Source of the DNA: Sphaerodactylus townsendi
Taxonomy: Eukaryota
Assembly: GCF_021028975.2 (NCBI RefSeq)
Contig: NC_059429.1
Span: 81,530,001 to 81,594,000 of the forward strand
Direction of reading: 5' to 3'
Length of the DNA: 64,000 bases
Shown here: piece after piece, positions 38,386 to 52,234 of the stretch
Position numbering within the stretch: position 1 is the first letter of the stretch
Layout of the letters: the number at the start of each line of letters is the position of its first letter
Translations under genes and position numbers: made by a program
The notes under the pieces: generated by a model
What the model was told of the DNA's origin: nothing
Seen by the model: the letters and a program-made list of their open reading frames with translations, nothing else
The model's database searches: none

Positions 38386-39337
38386 CCCTGATTTGAACCT
38401 GGGTTTCCCAGGTCCTATTCTGACACCTTAACCCTGGGGTGTCAAACATGCAGCCCCTCTGAGGCAACCCCTTCTTACTCCTCGCTCACCTGTCCTGATA
38501 GCCACTCCACCACACTGTGTACTTGCCAGTTCAGGCACCCACTTCATCCCACTCCTGATCTGGCCTGGCAAGCCAGCTTGAGGGCTTGCCAGCTGAGGGC
38601 TTTTCCCCACTTCAAAAGTGAAAGTGGAGGGGACCCCTGCTCTGTGTTCGGTGTGCAGTTTCAAAAGGGCGTACTTCCGACCAGGATCCAAAATGACGTG
38701 CACTGAGGGGGGGAGGAGCAGCAGAATCAGGGTTACTGCTTTGTAGCTGCGTTGTCGTGGCTGGTGTAGTAGGGAGTGCTGCAGGACCCCGGGGAATTTG
38801 CCTTGAGGAGCGTGCATCTAATGGTGGGTGGGGAATTGATCTGAGCCAGCCATCCCCCTCACCAGTGCTGACCACTTCCCCCAGTTCCATTTTGGCTGGT
38901 AAGCCTGCTGCAGGCTTGCCAGCTGAGGCAGCCACCTTCCTCCTTCACTTAGCCTAGTTACATTTATGTCATACCCAGTCCTTGTAACAAATGAGTTTGA
39001 TATCCCTTCCTTAACCACTATACCACATTGGCTCTCACAGTTCACCTAGCCTGCCCAAAAATCTTGAGTGAGCCCTGCTCGGATGAATTTTTTTTTGTAA
39101 GTCAGTGGAATTTGTTTTATTTTAAAATGTGTGCAGAAAAACAAATAACACCGGTATATATCATGCTAGATCTAATTTCAACAGGCTCAAATTTAATTTT
39201 ATTATGTTGTTGAAAGCATCAGGGAAGGTTAGATTCACTGTCAATCTGGAGATTCTTTTCCCAAAAAAGAATCCCTGCACACACCCTGCAGCAATAGTAG
39301 CTCAATACAACTATCAATTGATAACTACATTAATATC

Positions 39338-39380
39338 ACCGCCCAGAGCCCCTAGAGGATGGGGCGGTATAAAAGTTTAA

Positions 39381-39427
<47 letters not shown>

Positions 39428-39430
39428 ATA
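39338..39430 (+). repeat. L2-type 3' tail with (AATA)n microsatellite
   Basis: ccgcccagagccc...ggggcggtata followed by about 13 AATA units. Confidence 0.85.
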
Positions 39431-40090
39431 TTGTAAACCCTTCAGAGAAAGGCCCTACCTTTTCCCCATATATTTTCCTGTAAAACTCTAGATACATTGA
39501 TACCACTGTAGAAACATTAATAATAAAAATAATTACAATGATGATGATAATGATGATTGTTGCTATTGTTGCTGCTATTATTGTTCATTGTTATGAAGGG
39601 GATTTGGCTCTACGGTAGCCTATGTGCTTTGTCTGCATAAAGTCACAGATTCAGTCTCTGTCATCTCCAGTTAAAGGATCTCAGGTAGCAGATTTTTTTT
39701 TCTACCTATGATTTTGGAAAACGTTTGCTTGTTCGCACAGGCAAATATTGAGTTAGCTGAAATACTAATCTGGACTACACAGCTTCAATTTTTTTAATTG
39801 TGGCAGTTGTTGTTTCACCATGTTCTTCTCCTATACTGCTTCGTATATCCCATTCCAGTTTATACGATTCTGTGATTAGTTGAGGCCACATCCATAGTAG
39901 CTGGTCACTAACCTCAGCGAGTGTGAAACTGACCTTTGTGCTTGTAATAACCAAATTGCAAGATCATAATAAAATCGAGGATGTTTACTGATACAAGCAA
40001 GTTCCAAGGGAAGGTCTGTACAATTTTCAAACCAGTGTTGGCACAGAGCTGTCCAATGGTTGGCCACCTTGGAATTTAGATACACAAGGT

Positions 40091-40236
40091 CAGGGATGTA
40101 GGTAAGGGGGGGGGGGTTCTCGAGTTCAAACCCCTCCCATTACATGTCTGGCTTGAAACAATGCATGGAATGGAACAGCCGGAAAGCCTTCAGTCACCGA
40201 ACCCACACCATAAAAAAATCTATACCTACATCACTG
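40091..40236. mobile_element. hAT MITE
   Basis: TIRs CAGGGATGTAGGTA / TACCTACATCACTG; perfect 8-bp TSD cacaaggt (40083-40090 and 40237-40244). Confidence 0.92.
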
Positions 40237-40254
40237 CACAAGGTATCGTATATC

Positions 40255-40392
40255 CAGTGGTAGGATTGAAATTATGTAACAACTGGTTCTGAAAGGACTC
40301 AGTGGTGGGATTACAACCAGTTCTCTGAACTAGACAAAAAATTAATTTCCGGTTCTACCAAATAGGTGCAAATAGGCTGAATCCCACCACTG
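40255..40392. mobile_element. hAT MITE (CAGTGGTGGGATTCA family)
   Basis: TIRs cagtggtaggattga / tgaatcccaccactg; degenerate 8-bp TSD cgtatatc/cttatatt. Confidence 0.85.
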
Positions 40393-40509
40393 CTTATATT
40401 CATCCATTTCTTACCACTTCAGAATACCAAAACTGCACACTGCAGCCTAAGGATGAAAGTCCCTAATCCAGATCTCATCTGAGCCACAGCCTGTGATATA
40501 AATATAACT

Positions 40510-40705
40510 ATAGTTTTAGAGGGTACCCATGTTCAACACCAAGATTCAAGTCTGTTACCATGTTAGAGATCAACAAGATTTTCAGAGGATGAGCTTTTCA
40601 GAATCAAAGCTCCCTTCATCAGATATGAGTAGGAACGGAGATTTCCTTTATATCCCAGTTAAAAGGTGGGAAGGGTGTTGCAAAGAAGGAACTCAGGATG
40701 CTGAG
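40510..40705 (-). mobile_element. Penelope pLTR fragment with a hammerhead core
   Basis: Reverse-complement homologue of 33071-33270; the minus strand reads CTGATGAagggagctttgattctGAAAagctc. Confidence 0.8.
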
Positions 40706-42530
40706 TGAGGTATGTTGAGAGAACTGATGAGATAATGGATATAAAACAGTGAGAGAGATCACTTTATAAATGCTAAGGATTATAACGTTTTCCCTGTACA
40801 GTTTAGGTTATTTTTTGTTTGCCAAAGAGTAAGACCTAGCTGCAGCTGAAGGTTTATTAGAAACTGTTTGTCTGTGATTTAAGAAGTATTATTAGCATAA
40901 GGCATCTAAACATTTATTCACTCCCAGTGTCCAAGAAAGAGAAAGTAAAAGCCTGATTCTCTCACATAGTATTGTTCTCATCTGGGGAACATTAAACATG
41001 ACTGCTTTTAGCTGGGATAAAACCAAGCACTGTAGAGAAAAAATTATGCCTTATCATAAAATAGATGCATGCCCATTCTCTCAGGTTTTGTTATTATGCA
41101 TTACCTCCACAAAACACCAGCCAGTTTATCATCTGAGAAAGTAAATTCTTTTTTTCCCCAGTAAAGAAATTGATTTTTTTGGATGAAAAATTATAAAAAT
41201 TATGACCCCTTTGTGCCAAACCAACAGCCTTTCTCCTAACCCCTGTCCTGTCTACCTTTCCTTTCCTTTTTAGATATTATAATTGGTAATGAACAAAGAA
41301 TTATGGAAGTTGCTGCTAAGTATTTTTCTGTAGCTTTGAAAATTGATGCTGAAGTTTTAACATCTCTACGTTAATGTTATGTTTTGAATTGTAACTATAA
41401 AATATTAAAGTAGTTAAGTGTTTTATCTAATACCAGTTAGTTTTGTATGTTCTGTGTCTGCTAACTACTATTTAAAATAGAAGCACTCAATAGGTCTTAA
41501 TTTACTTGCAAAGCTTTTCTTGTTTCAGTGATATCAGAGAGATGTTACCTGTAATGATAAAATCCAAAAGCCCATGTGCTTTTGGGACAATTCCTGACTA
41601 AAGAATGCTATACTATGCACCACCACCCAGTTTTCTGCATAACTGTGATATTACTTCCTTCCCCAGGTTTACAGTGTTGGTCTGCAGTAGAAAAGCTAGA
41701 TTCAACTCTTGAAATCTTATACCCAAAAAATCTCTGTCTCTACAGTGCTACTGGACTTGAATCTAGCTGAACATCCTTTCCTGTATGCCATCAAGGAATC
41801 TAGAATTGACCAAGAATGACCTCTTGATGCTACTATCAGTGTACAAATCCCTTTCAAAAGAATACAAATATATGTTGCTCTGGAGATAGGTAGGGAAGCC
41901 AGCCTCTAGATGAAACCTGATCTCCCAGAATTGTAGCTGATGTCCAGACTACAGAGATCAGTTCCCTTTGCTAAATGGACTCCTTACTATGTACTGAGTT
42001 CCCTGTCCTCCCTAGGCTCCATTCCCAAATCTCCAGATGTTTTCAAACCTAAATTTGGCAGGGCCCTGCCCTAGCACCCTAGAGGGAAAAAAGCCTCCCA
42101 CACTACAGAATAGCGATATGATAAATCGCAGTGATTTATCCTGTAAGGGAAGCAATATGCCCTATTGCAAAGATCCAATGTAACATTCAACCTAATCAGT
42201 TAGAAAATCATGCAATTCCCTAAGCTCTGAATATGAATTAGGTCTCTTGCAAATAAGTATGGCTGAGCCAAATTTTAATGAAAGTCAGTATTCACATGGA
42301 GAAAATAAATCACCTTTTTCCTGAGAAAATGGGACCTCTCCCTCTCTCAACAAAGCACTTGTCAATAGAAGAGGAAAGATTCTGCTGACATCACGCTGTG
42401 GAGTGCCTGGTTTAAAACTGTTGTAGCTGTGACTGCCACCTTAACTGAAGAGACCAGCTGCTTCCTAAAGATCACTAAATGGAACCATCCTTTGCAGTAG
42501 CATAACCATGGCAGGTGTGGGGGGCTAGAG

Positions 42531-43575
42531 CAGAGGTGGGATGCAGCCAGTTCGCAACGGTTCGATGGAACCGCTTGTAAAATTTTCTTCAGTTTGGGGA
42601 ACCGGTTGTTAAAGATTAACTTGAACTCCTTTGATAAATCTTCCTCAGTTCTGCCAACTGCTGGTAAATGATTAACTTCAACTGACCCAGCAAGTCTGTT
42701 AATGATTAATCCCCCTCCCCTCCATGGGAGTTAGTGGTGTGAGGCTCTGTTTTAAGAAGTATCCAATGAAATCCCTTGGAGGAGGGGCATACAAAGCCTC
42801 AGTTGCGAGAGGAGTGGGTGAGCAGCAGGAACACCAGGAGATAATTGAGCTTGTTCCTCCTGGCTATTAAAGTAAGTAACTGCATTTTGTTAAACGTTCC
42901 ACCCTGGTGCCTTGGGGATGGGGAGGGCAGAGTTTGGCCAGTGCCTGGTTTCTGCTGGCAAAAGTTCTACCCTGGTGCCACGGGGATGGGGAGGGCAGAG
43001 TTTGGCCAGTGCCTGGTTTCTGCTGGCAAAAGGTTCTGCCCTGGTGCCCTGGGGATGGCGAGGGCAGAGTTTGACCAGTGCCTGGTTTCTGCTGGCAAAA
43101 CGTTCTGCTGTGGGGATGGGGAGGGCAGAGTTTGGCCAGTGCCTGGTTTCTGCTGGCAAAACGTTCTGTCCTGGGGATGGGGAGGGCAGAGTTTGGCCAG
43201 TACCTGGTTTCTGGTGGCAAAACGTTCTACCCTGGTGCCCTGGGGATGGGGAGGGCAGAGTTTGCCCAGTGCCTGGTTTCTGCTGGCAAAATGTTCTACC
43301 TTGGTGCCATGGGGATGGGGAGGGCAGAGTTTGGCCAGTGTTTGGCTCCGTTTTGCAAAACTGTCTACCTAGGTGGCATTGGGGCGCAGTGGGGAGATTT
43401 TGCCCAGTGCCCCTGCTGCAGTACCGCCCACCCTGCTCTGGACATCCCTTCACCCAGAATGCCCAGACCACGCCCCCGCCATGTTGTGCCCCACCCTGCT
43501 CCGTTGGCACTACGCGGCTGTTTGAATCCCACCACCATCGGAGCCTGTTGTTAACATTTTTGAATCCCACCACTG
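42531..43575. mobile_element. Non-autonomous hAT element (1045 bp) carrying a G-rich minisatellite
   Basis: TIRs cagaggtgggatgca / tgaatcccaccactg; perfect 8-bp TSD ggctagag (42523-42530 and 43576-43583). Confidence 0.92.
42895..43350. repeat. Minisatellite: seven copies of a ~61-69-bp unit
   Basis: Repeated ggggatggggagggcagagtttggccagtgcctggtttctgctggcaaaa. Confidence 0.97.
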
Positions 43576-44162
43576 GGCTAGAGCCCTGAGTGCCACTTGG
43601 CCAGATCCCCAACTACACCCCTGTCTGAACCCCACATGGAGTTCAGGAGCAGGAATGCAGTTGAATGCTGAGCTGGCTAGTATGGGCTCACCCTGTCCTG
43701 AAGTTTGGATTTGGAGCTAGATCAGCCCATTCAATGCTGGGCTTAGCTTGCCCAGGTCCAGCTTCAAACTGCAGGCTTTAAACTTTCAGGTTAAAGCTTG
43801 ACCCAAGACATGCTGTGCCCAGGATCAAACTGAGAAGCCTGGCTGATTGTCGCCAGCTGTATACTGTTGGCTCTGCCCCCAAGCTCCACCTCTGGGCACC
43901 ATTATAGTTTGTTACACTCGTTGGAGTGAGTGAGAACCTATTTAGGAAAAGAAGCTTCCAGGATGGCTCAGCCCAAAATGAAAACATTTTGATCCTGTTT
44001 GCTACAGTTGGCCTGGCAACATCTCACCCACCCATCCTTGTCTTCCTTTTCTTTTCTGGATTGGTCAAATGCAGCCACAGTATTACAATTGTCTATAGAT
44101 GGTAAGTGAGAATGAAGGCAATGGTTCTTGCATCTGTCACATGGAAAATCACAGTAAGGAGT

Positions 44163-44671
44163 CCTCCACCAGCAGGAATGATGCTGGTGGAGGGGAGGGG
44201 GCCGTTCGCATGGGAGTGTGCGAGCGGCCCTCGCAGAGGCCAGCGCAGAAGAGGCAGTTCCGCACAGAGCCGCCTCTCCTGCGTCCCCCCCCACTCACCT
44301 TGTCCTCCAGCGTCGGTCTGGAGGGCTGCAGGGACCCGCCCATGCTGCCCTCCGACCTCCAGGGGTCGGAGGGCAGCGTGTGCTGGTATCAGCAGCCCTC
44401 CAGACCATCGCTGGAGGACAAGGTGAGTGGGGGGGGGGACGGGAAAGTGGCGCCTTCGGCATGGTGTGTTTCACACCGTGCCGATGGGAAGGCACCGCTT
44501 TCCAAAAACCTCCCTTGGGAAGGGAGATGGAAAGCGGCGCATTCACACCACTCGGGGCCGCACAGGGCGGTGCTGCTGCATTGCAGCAGTGCCGCCTGTG
44601 CGAACAGCTGCCCAGGGACCAGTGTTTTTCCATCCCTGGGCCGCTTTTTTTGGCCCTGTGCAGAAAGGGCC
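44163..44671 (+). mobile_element. PIF/Harbinger-like element with a 134-bp hairpin (copy 2, left TIR lost)
   Basis: Right end gtgcagaaagggcc|taa; hairpin 44294-44427. Confidence 0.75.
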
Positions 44672-46039
44672 TAAGTGAGAGATTATACAGTTAAGAGAAT
44701 GACAACAGTAAAACAGGTCAACAAGGTGACTTGAGGGACAGAAAGAAAAATGCAAGGCAATTTAGTAGATAAACTTAACAACATTCCTGAAAATCTTCCT
44801 GAAAAATAAAAAGATTGGCCCCAGTGGAAGCAAGTTAAGATTTCTGAGTGGTTGTTAACTGGTTAGTAAAACAAGCTATATCCAGGCTACAGTACAATGA
44901 TCACAAATGGGCCTTGTTAGTTTACCATCACTGTAATCACAAAAGCACAGATGTTGGAGGCTACAACACCCACTTGCACAAGTATTGGAGTTGGAGCCTG
45001 AGCTGGAAACAGACATGGAGATGGAGGCTACAGTCACAATAACAGTGGAAGATCTGGACCCAACCCAAATGGCAAGGTTCTAGTAGTTTCTGGAGACCCC
45101 AGTCTGAGCTCAAAGGAAAACAACTTGAAGAGTGGATGGGGCAGCAACCTCCAGCCTTAAACATCAGAGAGACAGATGGGGATGGCCATTGGAGCTGAAA
45201 TAACCAACAGAAAGAATAAGAAGAATATACCATTTGTAGCCAAGCCATCTCCCAGGCTGAGTGGCAACAGCCCAATATACTGTGGTTGGGAGGATAGCAG
45301 ATAAGTAGTGCAATTATCATTGTTCTGGAACTGGATGGGTTAAAGTCCCTGTTTTATTTCTCCAAGAATATGGAGGACTGAGCTCTCTCAGTAAACAAGT
45401 GCATGTTGAAAGCACTGGGGAAGCACTTCAAAGCTGATCGGCTGTTCGGAACTGATCGGCTACCCTCTGTTAATATTGAGAATCCCAGCGTGGAATTACC
45501 ATCAAAAACTCCCTCTCTGCAACAGTACTGAGAGCATAGTAGCTCACTATCTCTGATTGGGTGACTGTTCCAGAAGGGTATTGGTATTAGTTATCCCCTG
45601 AGGTTAGGTTTGTTAATTGCCAACTATTAGGGTTTCTTTGTTATTGTTGAGTGTTTTTAAGTACATTTTTAAGTAAAATAAGTAAATTATTGAAGGAACA
45701 CCCTATGATTTTATGTTCAGGTGGGAAGAGTGTTGAATAATTCTGGTGTAACTCCAGTTAAAAATTGTATGGGGCTTGAAGGAGGGTGCAAATATGGTCC
45801 ATTTTAGGGAGGTCAGTAGAGGGCTAGGGATTCCACTAATTATGGGGCTGGGAAAATATACTGGGGGAGGAAGGCTAATTGAGAGACAGAGGGGGAGATG
45901 TAGACAAGCTCTCCTCCCTTCTTTCACCCTACCAATAGACATGTGTGTGGTAGGCCTAGGACATTATACTCTAGGACATTATACTCTTCAACACTGGTGT
46001 TGTGCAATACCAGTTCCATAAATAATAAGACCACAACAC

Positions 46040-46895
46040 TACAGGAGTGTCTCATGATGCAAAATGCAGACTTGGTGTGCATGACTGAGACCTGAGAGAA
46101 GGCAAAACAGTTGCCCTGAAAGAACTTATCCTGCCAGGTTTCTCAGTCCTCCACCAGTCTTGAACTAAGGGCCAGGGGAGGGGGTGGTGATTCTCATCTG
46201 GGACGATTTAGGACAGTTCCCACCCCAATGATCACCAGTATTGATTGTGTTGGCCTAGTGTGCTAGATGCTGTGCCAGAGTGGACCTTGAGGTACCCCAA
46301 GCTTCTTGTTCTGGGAGACTTCAACGTACATGTAGATGTGGCCACATCATCACAGATAGTGGACCTGGTGTCTTCCTTGGCAGAACTAGGACACTTCCTG
46401 GTTAGTATGGAACCTATACACCAAATGGTCCCCATGCTGGATCTCATCTTTGGTATGGAGATAGATGTGATCTTAATCTCCATTGATTGAGTGCCCTGGT
46501 CTGACTACTTTGCTCTGAATGCTTGAGTGCATGTCATTGTGCCTCCTTGTCTAGGCGATGGGCTTATTTATGCCAGTCTGTGGAGACTTATGGTTCCACT
46601 TGGTTTCCGGAATGCCCTGAATAATCCAAAGCCTACTGGTGGCTCTTGTGATGAGCTGGTTAAGGACTGGAATGCTTGACTCTCCAAAGCCTTTGAATTT
46701 ATCACACCCTGATGTCCTCTTTGCTCTCACACCAGCTAATGAGCTGAAGGGTGCTTATTACCATCTGTGATAGGAAGAGAAATGGGATTGTTTTGACTTA
46801 TTTTAATGTTGGTTTTATGTGTTGTTTTAAACTGAATATAAGCTTCTCTGAGCTTGGCTATGGCCAGGGATGGGCCGGATACAAGTTTAATAAAG
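46040..46895 (+). mobile_element. L2-clade LINE relic: AP-endonuclease fragment joined to a 3' tail
   Basis: DLVCMTET, LLVLGDFNVH and LDLIF motifs; L2-like tail at ~46850-46893. Confidence 0.8.
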
Positions 46896-48521
46896 TTAAA
46901 AAAAAGAAGTGCTAAAATATTTAATATAAACATGCACATGTGCCTGTAGAAGCACAGAAACTACAAACTCATGGGGAACATCAAAGTCAAGAATCTCCAC
47001 AATGCACCATAGTCATACAAATATATTGTGCAAATGTGGCATAAAGTCCTCAAGGAGAGAGTCACAATGTCCACAATAAGTCCAAAATTAAGATGAGCTC
47101 ACTGGTTTTTTTTCCTGTTTTATGAATAAAAACCACTTCCTCAGTATAAAAGTTCCAGCTTGCCTGTTCAGTTTTAAGGGACACTGTCTTTCTGTATTTA
47201 AATCAAAAGAATGCAGCTGAAAGGCTGCTCAATATTATGCACTCAGCTTAATCATAAATTCCAAAGTAACACCCATTTTTCTCATACCTAAAATCTTACT
47301 AATGTTAGATATTCATAAGTAAGCATATAAATATACACAAATGGATAAATACAATAAATACATTAAATACAATAAATATATGTTATAACAAGTCATTTTT
47401 TAAATATTCCTGTCATGTTAAAAAATGAGCATAGCCATAGTTACTTCCGTAGATTTAATCAACAGCAGGTTTTCATATTTAACATTTGTCCCATCAAAAA
47501 AAAGGCTGAGATTGAGTGCAGGTAGTTTTTCATTCTGAAGTTCACTGTGCTACACATGCAAACTTATGTCAGTTAATGTAAGTTAATTAGTGGCAGCTGG
47601 TGGTTTGCATTTCTTTCTGATGTCATCATGTCTCTACTCTGTTTTTATTTTAGGTCCATGCACTACTCATGAAACTACGAAGGCTGCAGCACAATATGCA
47701 GAGTATTTAAAGGGACCGTGCATGTTTGTCACTAACCAAACAGTTTTGTGCATACCATTTAAAGGAAACTGGCAAACTCTATAGACATATTAAGACCCGT
47801 TGGTGTACTGTTCTAAGTTAATGAATCCACCTGGCTTTCATCTGTTACATATGTCTCCTGATGTCGATATGATTGAACCCCTTGGCCTTATATCTATACA
47901 GTACAAAAGAAGAATGTCATTTTCTGAGTGCTCTTTTTCCACAAAGTGCTGTACTAGTGGAAGTCAGGATGGGGCCTGACATCAATACAGGGAACTGAGG
48001 TGCAAGTTCTCACATCTGCCTATGGGGAGGGGGTAAGCTATCTTTCCTCTGATATGTTAATGGACCTTTCCTGCTCTTTCGTTTTCTTTGATGCTTTCAA
48101 CTATAGCTGAAGTAGCCAAAACCCTGACGCCGACCCAGCAGGGCAGGCAGCAGATAGCTGGACACTATCACTGTGCTGTCCTTGAGATGCTGTGCTGTCC
48201 CAAACATCTTCTTTTCCGCTGTAACATTCCCACATTTCATGAGAACCAGGGAGAGGGGATTCTGGTGGGAAAATCAGGGGGATAAAGGTAACCGTTTTAC
48301 CATAGCCTGCCAGAACTGGCTTTGCCAAGCCAGGTACCAGCTGAGTTCAATAAAGACTTCTGATCAAGTATCCAGAGCCTGTTTATTGACTTCAGTCTGA
48401 GACCTGACAGTGAGCATCAAGATGTCTGTTTGATTTTTCAGCAATGCTCAATAATTCTTGTGTGAATGAACCTGCAAGATAGTCCTGTATTTGCGCCCAG
48501 ATGGGCAGAGGTTTCATCTGG

Positions 48522-49131
48522 TGAATAACCACAGGACACGTCTTGGAATTAAAATGGGCTGCAGCCCTTTTTATTATTAAGGCAGAAGCTGGGCAAGCAA
48601 GAGGAGCACATCTGTCAGCAGCCGGTCAGCACCCCTGGCTGACCCCCTGGCAACAACCCCAATCCCTATTGGGGAGGACAGAGAGGTACTGGGCCACCGG
48701 GGCGCCAGCCCTGTGTGGCTCCCTAACTGCTGGGGTTCGAATTGCAGAGGCTTCCGCAGCATGCGCCATGAGCCCACCCCTCCCCAAGCCTCTTATAGAG
48801 GCCCCCAACTGTGGCGAGGTCCGTTGTGCAAGCTCGGCCTCCCCACCAGGATGTGCTCCTCTGCCCAAACCACCAAGGCTGCAACAAATAGAGCAGCAAA
48901 CCCTTCCATTTTTAAAATAGGGAGGGTTGGTGGGTCAGTTTGCTCCAGGCTTTGAAGAAGGCTGGAGCAACCATGTGCTGCCTAATATATAGCCTCCACC
49001 CCTCCATTCGCGCGTATCACACAATCAGGCCGGGTGTGGCACAGCTGCCCAGCCGGCCCAGGGCACGCATGCTCACTGCTCCGGAGCTCACCATGTGCCC
49101 TGCCCCCGTCGCAATTACGGCCTAGTTGAAT
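48522..49131 (-). mobile_element. LTR-like terminal repeat, possibly Ngaro/DIRS-type
   Basis: GC- and CpG-richer block with minus-strand TATATA (~48985) and AATAAA (~48570). The family assignment is from resemblance only. Confidence 0.45.
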
Positions 49132-49140
49132 CTAGTGCCG

Positions 49141-49560
49141 TTATTTAGTAATATACATGGGAACTGAATCACATACTAACATTTTTTTTAATCTGGCATG
49201 TGGTGAATTGCTTCCATACCCATTTAAAATCCATGGGAGATATATGATCTCTTTAATGTTAATCGAAAGGTCACATACTGAACAGTGGCCACAACTAAAG
49301 TGCCCCTTAGTCATTTCCATTGAAGCAGGTCTATACACAAAATCCGATTTTACCAGTTTTTGCCTTAAATTGTCCAAAACCTACATGAAGGCAGGAGGCA
49401 TATCCAGGGATATCAGCAATAATATGGTAGTGTTTGAATATTATGTTTTTAATTTTGCCTGCCAAGGGTGTGAAATTAATGGCACAGGTAATATCCTGTT
49501 CCAGTTTCCTTTGCCAGAGCTACACAAGTAAGCCACATCTCCACCCCATTACAAGAATGG
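49141..49560 (-). mobile_element. Penelope-like element fragment (linker cysteine motif and start of GIY-YIG)
   Basis: NLRQKLVKSD...GHFSCGHCSVC, typical of the PLE RT-endonuclease linker zinc finger. Confidence 0.75.
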
Positions 49561-52234
49561 ATTTTTTGGTTTTTCTTTTCAACAAACAGAGGTATATATG
49601 CAGATGCTCTTCTGTACAACATGTGTGCTTTTAAAGGAATGGTGCTTTTAAAGGAATGGTGAACCATATATATTCGTGCTAGGAGCTGAACTCTCATGCA
49701 ACTAAAATGTAATCTACCAGAAATTATTTCTTTCATGCGTTTCTGTCGTTGTGGATATGAACCCCTGTTCAATCACATGGAAATATTTATTTTATTTAAT
49801 TATTTGTTAGATTTAGGAACCGCCCACCCCTGAAGGGCTTTGGGAGGTGTACAATAAATACAAATACAGATACAACAATACATAATAAATTAAAATTCAT
49901 GGTTCAGTTCCATAAAACATATTGAAACATAGCAGCATAAAAATGGTTCCCCCCAGTATAAAAATACCCACACAAATAATAGGGAACATTTTTACGTCTT
50001 GTTAAAGAGTTGTCTCAGCTTGTTTCAGAGGCATAGCAAGCAACCTTTACCTCAGGCTGGATTTCAGGAGAATTTGTATTTAAGATTTTAATCTGGTATT
50101 GATTTCTTTGTTGGTCTCACTGTCACTTGCTTCCAGCTAAGGTGAAGAAAAATCAGAGCCAATAGACACTAATGGAAAAACTAGGAATGACTGACAAAAG
50201 ACATATTTTGACATTATAACATCTTCACTTCTGCTTGTCAATGGATTATGATCCTCATATTTTCCTAATAATAAGTTCACAAATGCCAGCAAACAGGTGT
50301 TTGTCAAGAGTGAATAATATACACACCAGTCCTTTTGTAAAGTGCACACTTGCAACACATTGTAGAAACAGATGAAGTGCAATGACCCTGAAGCTACTTT
50401 GAGAAAAATTAATACATGGGGAAAGCTCCTGTCACAGCACAGCTGGTTTTCTTGTGTTGCTACAGAAAGGTCAGTTCCCCCGGCCTTGTAGGTCTGCCAA
50501 GATATCCCTTCTGCTGGCAAAATGGCTCTGGTCTTCTTAACGCTTATGTACATTGTTGCTGTAAGTTCTCTCCTAGGATCTTCCTCCCCTCCTTTTTATT
50601 TTATTCTATTTTTGTGAACCAGCACAAAGGCTCATTCCCATGCAGTTGGGGACAGAGGAAAGGAAAAGATCAGTGACCAGACTGGAGAACCGAAACCTTG
50701 TGGATATGGAGAGATGGCAATGTATTACGGTGGCACAAAAAAGGGGCATGCTGCTGAGAAGCTTATAAAATAAATATAATGAGAAGTACAGCACACACTG
50801 GAACAAGGGAGTCAACAATATGCCTTCCATTTCCAGCTCTGATGCTCTTTGCTTCTGTGACCTCAGATGTATTCCTTTTTTCCCTTCTCTCTCTCTGCTT
50901 CTGGTCTCTCTCCCATTGTGTGAGTCCAAACAAAGCTTGGTCAAAAATGTATGAGGGCATTTGGTTGTAAATATTTGTCTTGCCATCCAGCATCTGGCTT
51001 GTCTCTCTAGCACTTGGGGGGAACCATCTGCTATGTGCAGGGCTGATTCACTGGTCCATTTGAGGCCACGGCAGCTGCACATCAGGCCATGTGATGAGCT
51101 GAACCAAGATCCTAGTTTGCAGTGCTATCACAACTGTTTAGAAACTACCCTGACACGGAAACTTTCTTCGGGCTCAACGCAGCTCACAGCTGTAACAAAA
51201 CCAGCTCAGCCCATGGCAGAGTAGTTAAAAGTTTGCTAAAAATGGGGCTGTCAACGACAGAAATGACCATATGAATGGCAGTGGCACAGCTAGCACTTGG
51301 GAGCTGGGGCAAGGCACATTATTTCCCCTGCACTCCTATTCTTTGAACAAATACATTATTTCAAAGGTATGTCTATATTTAACTCTAAACCTACAGTTCT
51401 TTTTTCCTAGTTTTCATTGCTGGTATCTACTTTTTTGGTCCTGTGCAGCCCTGCAGGCATTGTGCAACTGACAAATAAAAACCCCAAAGCTGTAAAGCCT
51501 TTTTCACTGCATAATTTATTACACAGCATGAAGAACAAATTACATTTTACAAAATGCAGTATATTAATGTAACTAAATATTTCCACAGTGCACTCAATAA
51601 CAAACATGAACCACGCCCCTTTGGCAAGTTGTGCTGTATCTCTTGCGATATGGAACAGCTCTCTGCAACCTGACTTTGGGTAAGGTCCTGGTCAGAGTAT
51701 AGACCTATATTAGCAGGAACTGCCTGGATTAGTTCTCTTGGTCTAGCTATCACAGCTAAATGTCTCACCTCTGGTTTCTGAAGCAGCCAGGGCTGGACCT
51801 AACAGTATCCCCAGCAGTGCTCAAGAGTAGTTTCAGGATGGCAATGCAGATACACTACCAGTCTGTGGCTTCTTCTATGGAGGAGGGGCTTATGGTGCAG
51901 TAGTAGCGCACAGCAAACACTTGCCAAACCACCACAATGAGAAAAATGTGACAGACAGAAAGCCAAAGACCAACTGCCCTGTCTTGCATTGTGGTCATTC
52001 TATCATTGGGAAGGAGGAACCACCAATCAGAAACAAAGCACTTGTACTTTGCCTTTCACACTTTTCTGCATTTTCCTCGCTAGCCTACCAGGGAATCCAA
52101 AATGGCACCAGAGAACTAGAGCATAGCAAAGACACTCCTAAACTCAGATTCCAGATTTTATGTGACAGTCTGGAAATGACTGGAGTACAGCCTAGAAACG
52201 GCATCTGTCAGGAATCAACTTTAACCACATATTA

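Noticed and set aside
42845-43612. Overlapping 117-240-aa repetitive ORFs, or a CRISPR-like array
   Set aside because: These are translations of a minisatellite inside a TSD-flanked hAT element. The units are contiguous without unique spacers, and the context is eukaryotic.
49108-49136. Third Helitron 3' end (ccgt...acgg followed by CTAGT)
   Set aside because: The stem is only 4 bp and unrelated to the other two ends. The block is better explained as an LTR-like repeat on the minus strand.
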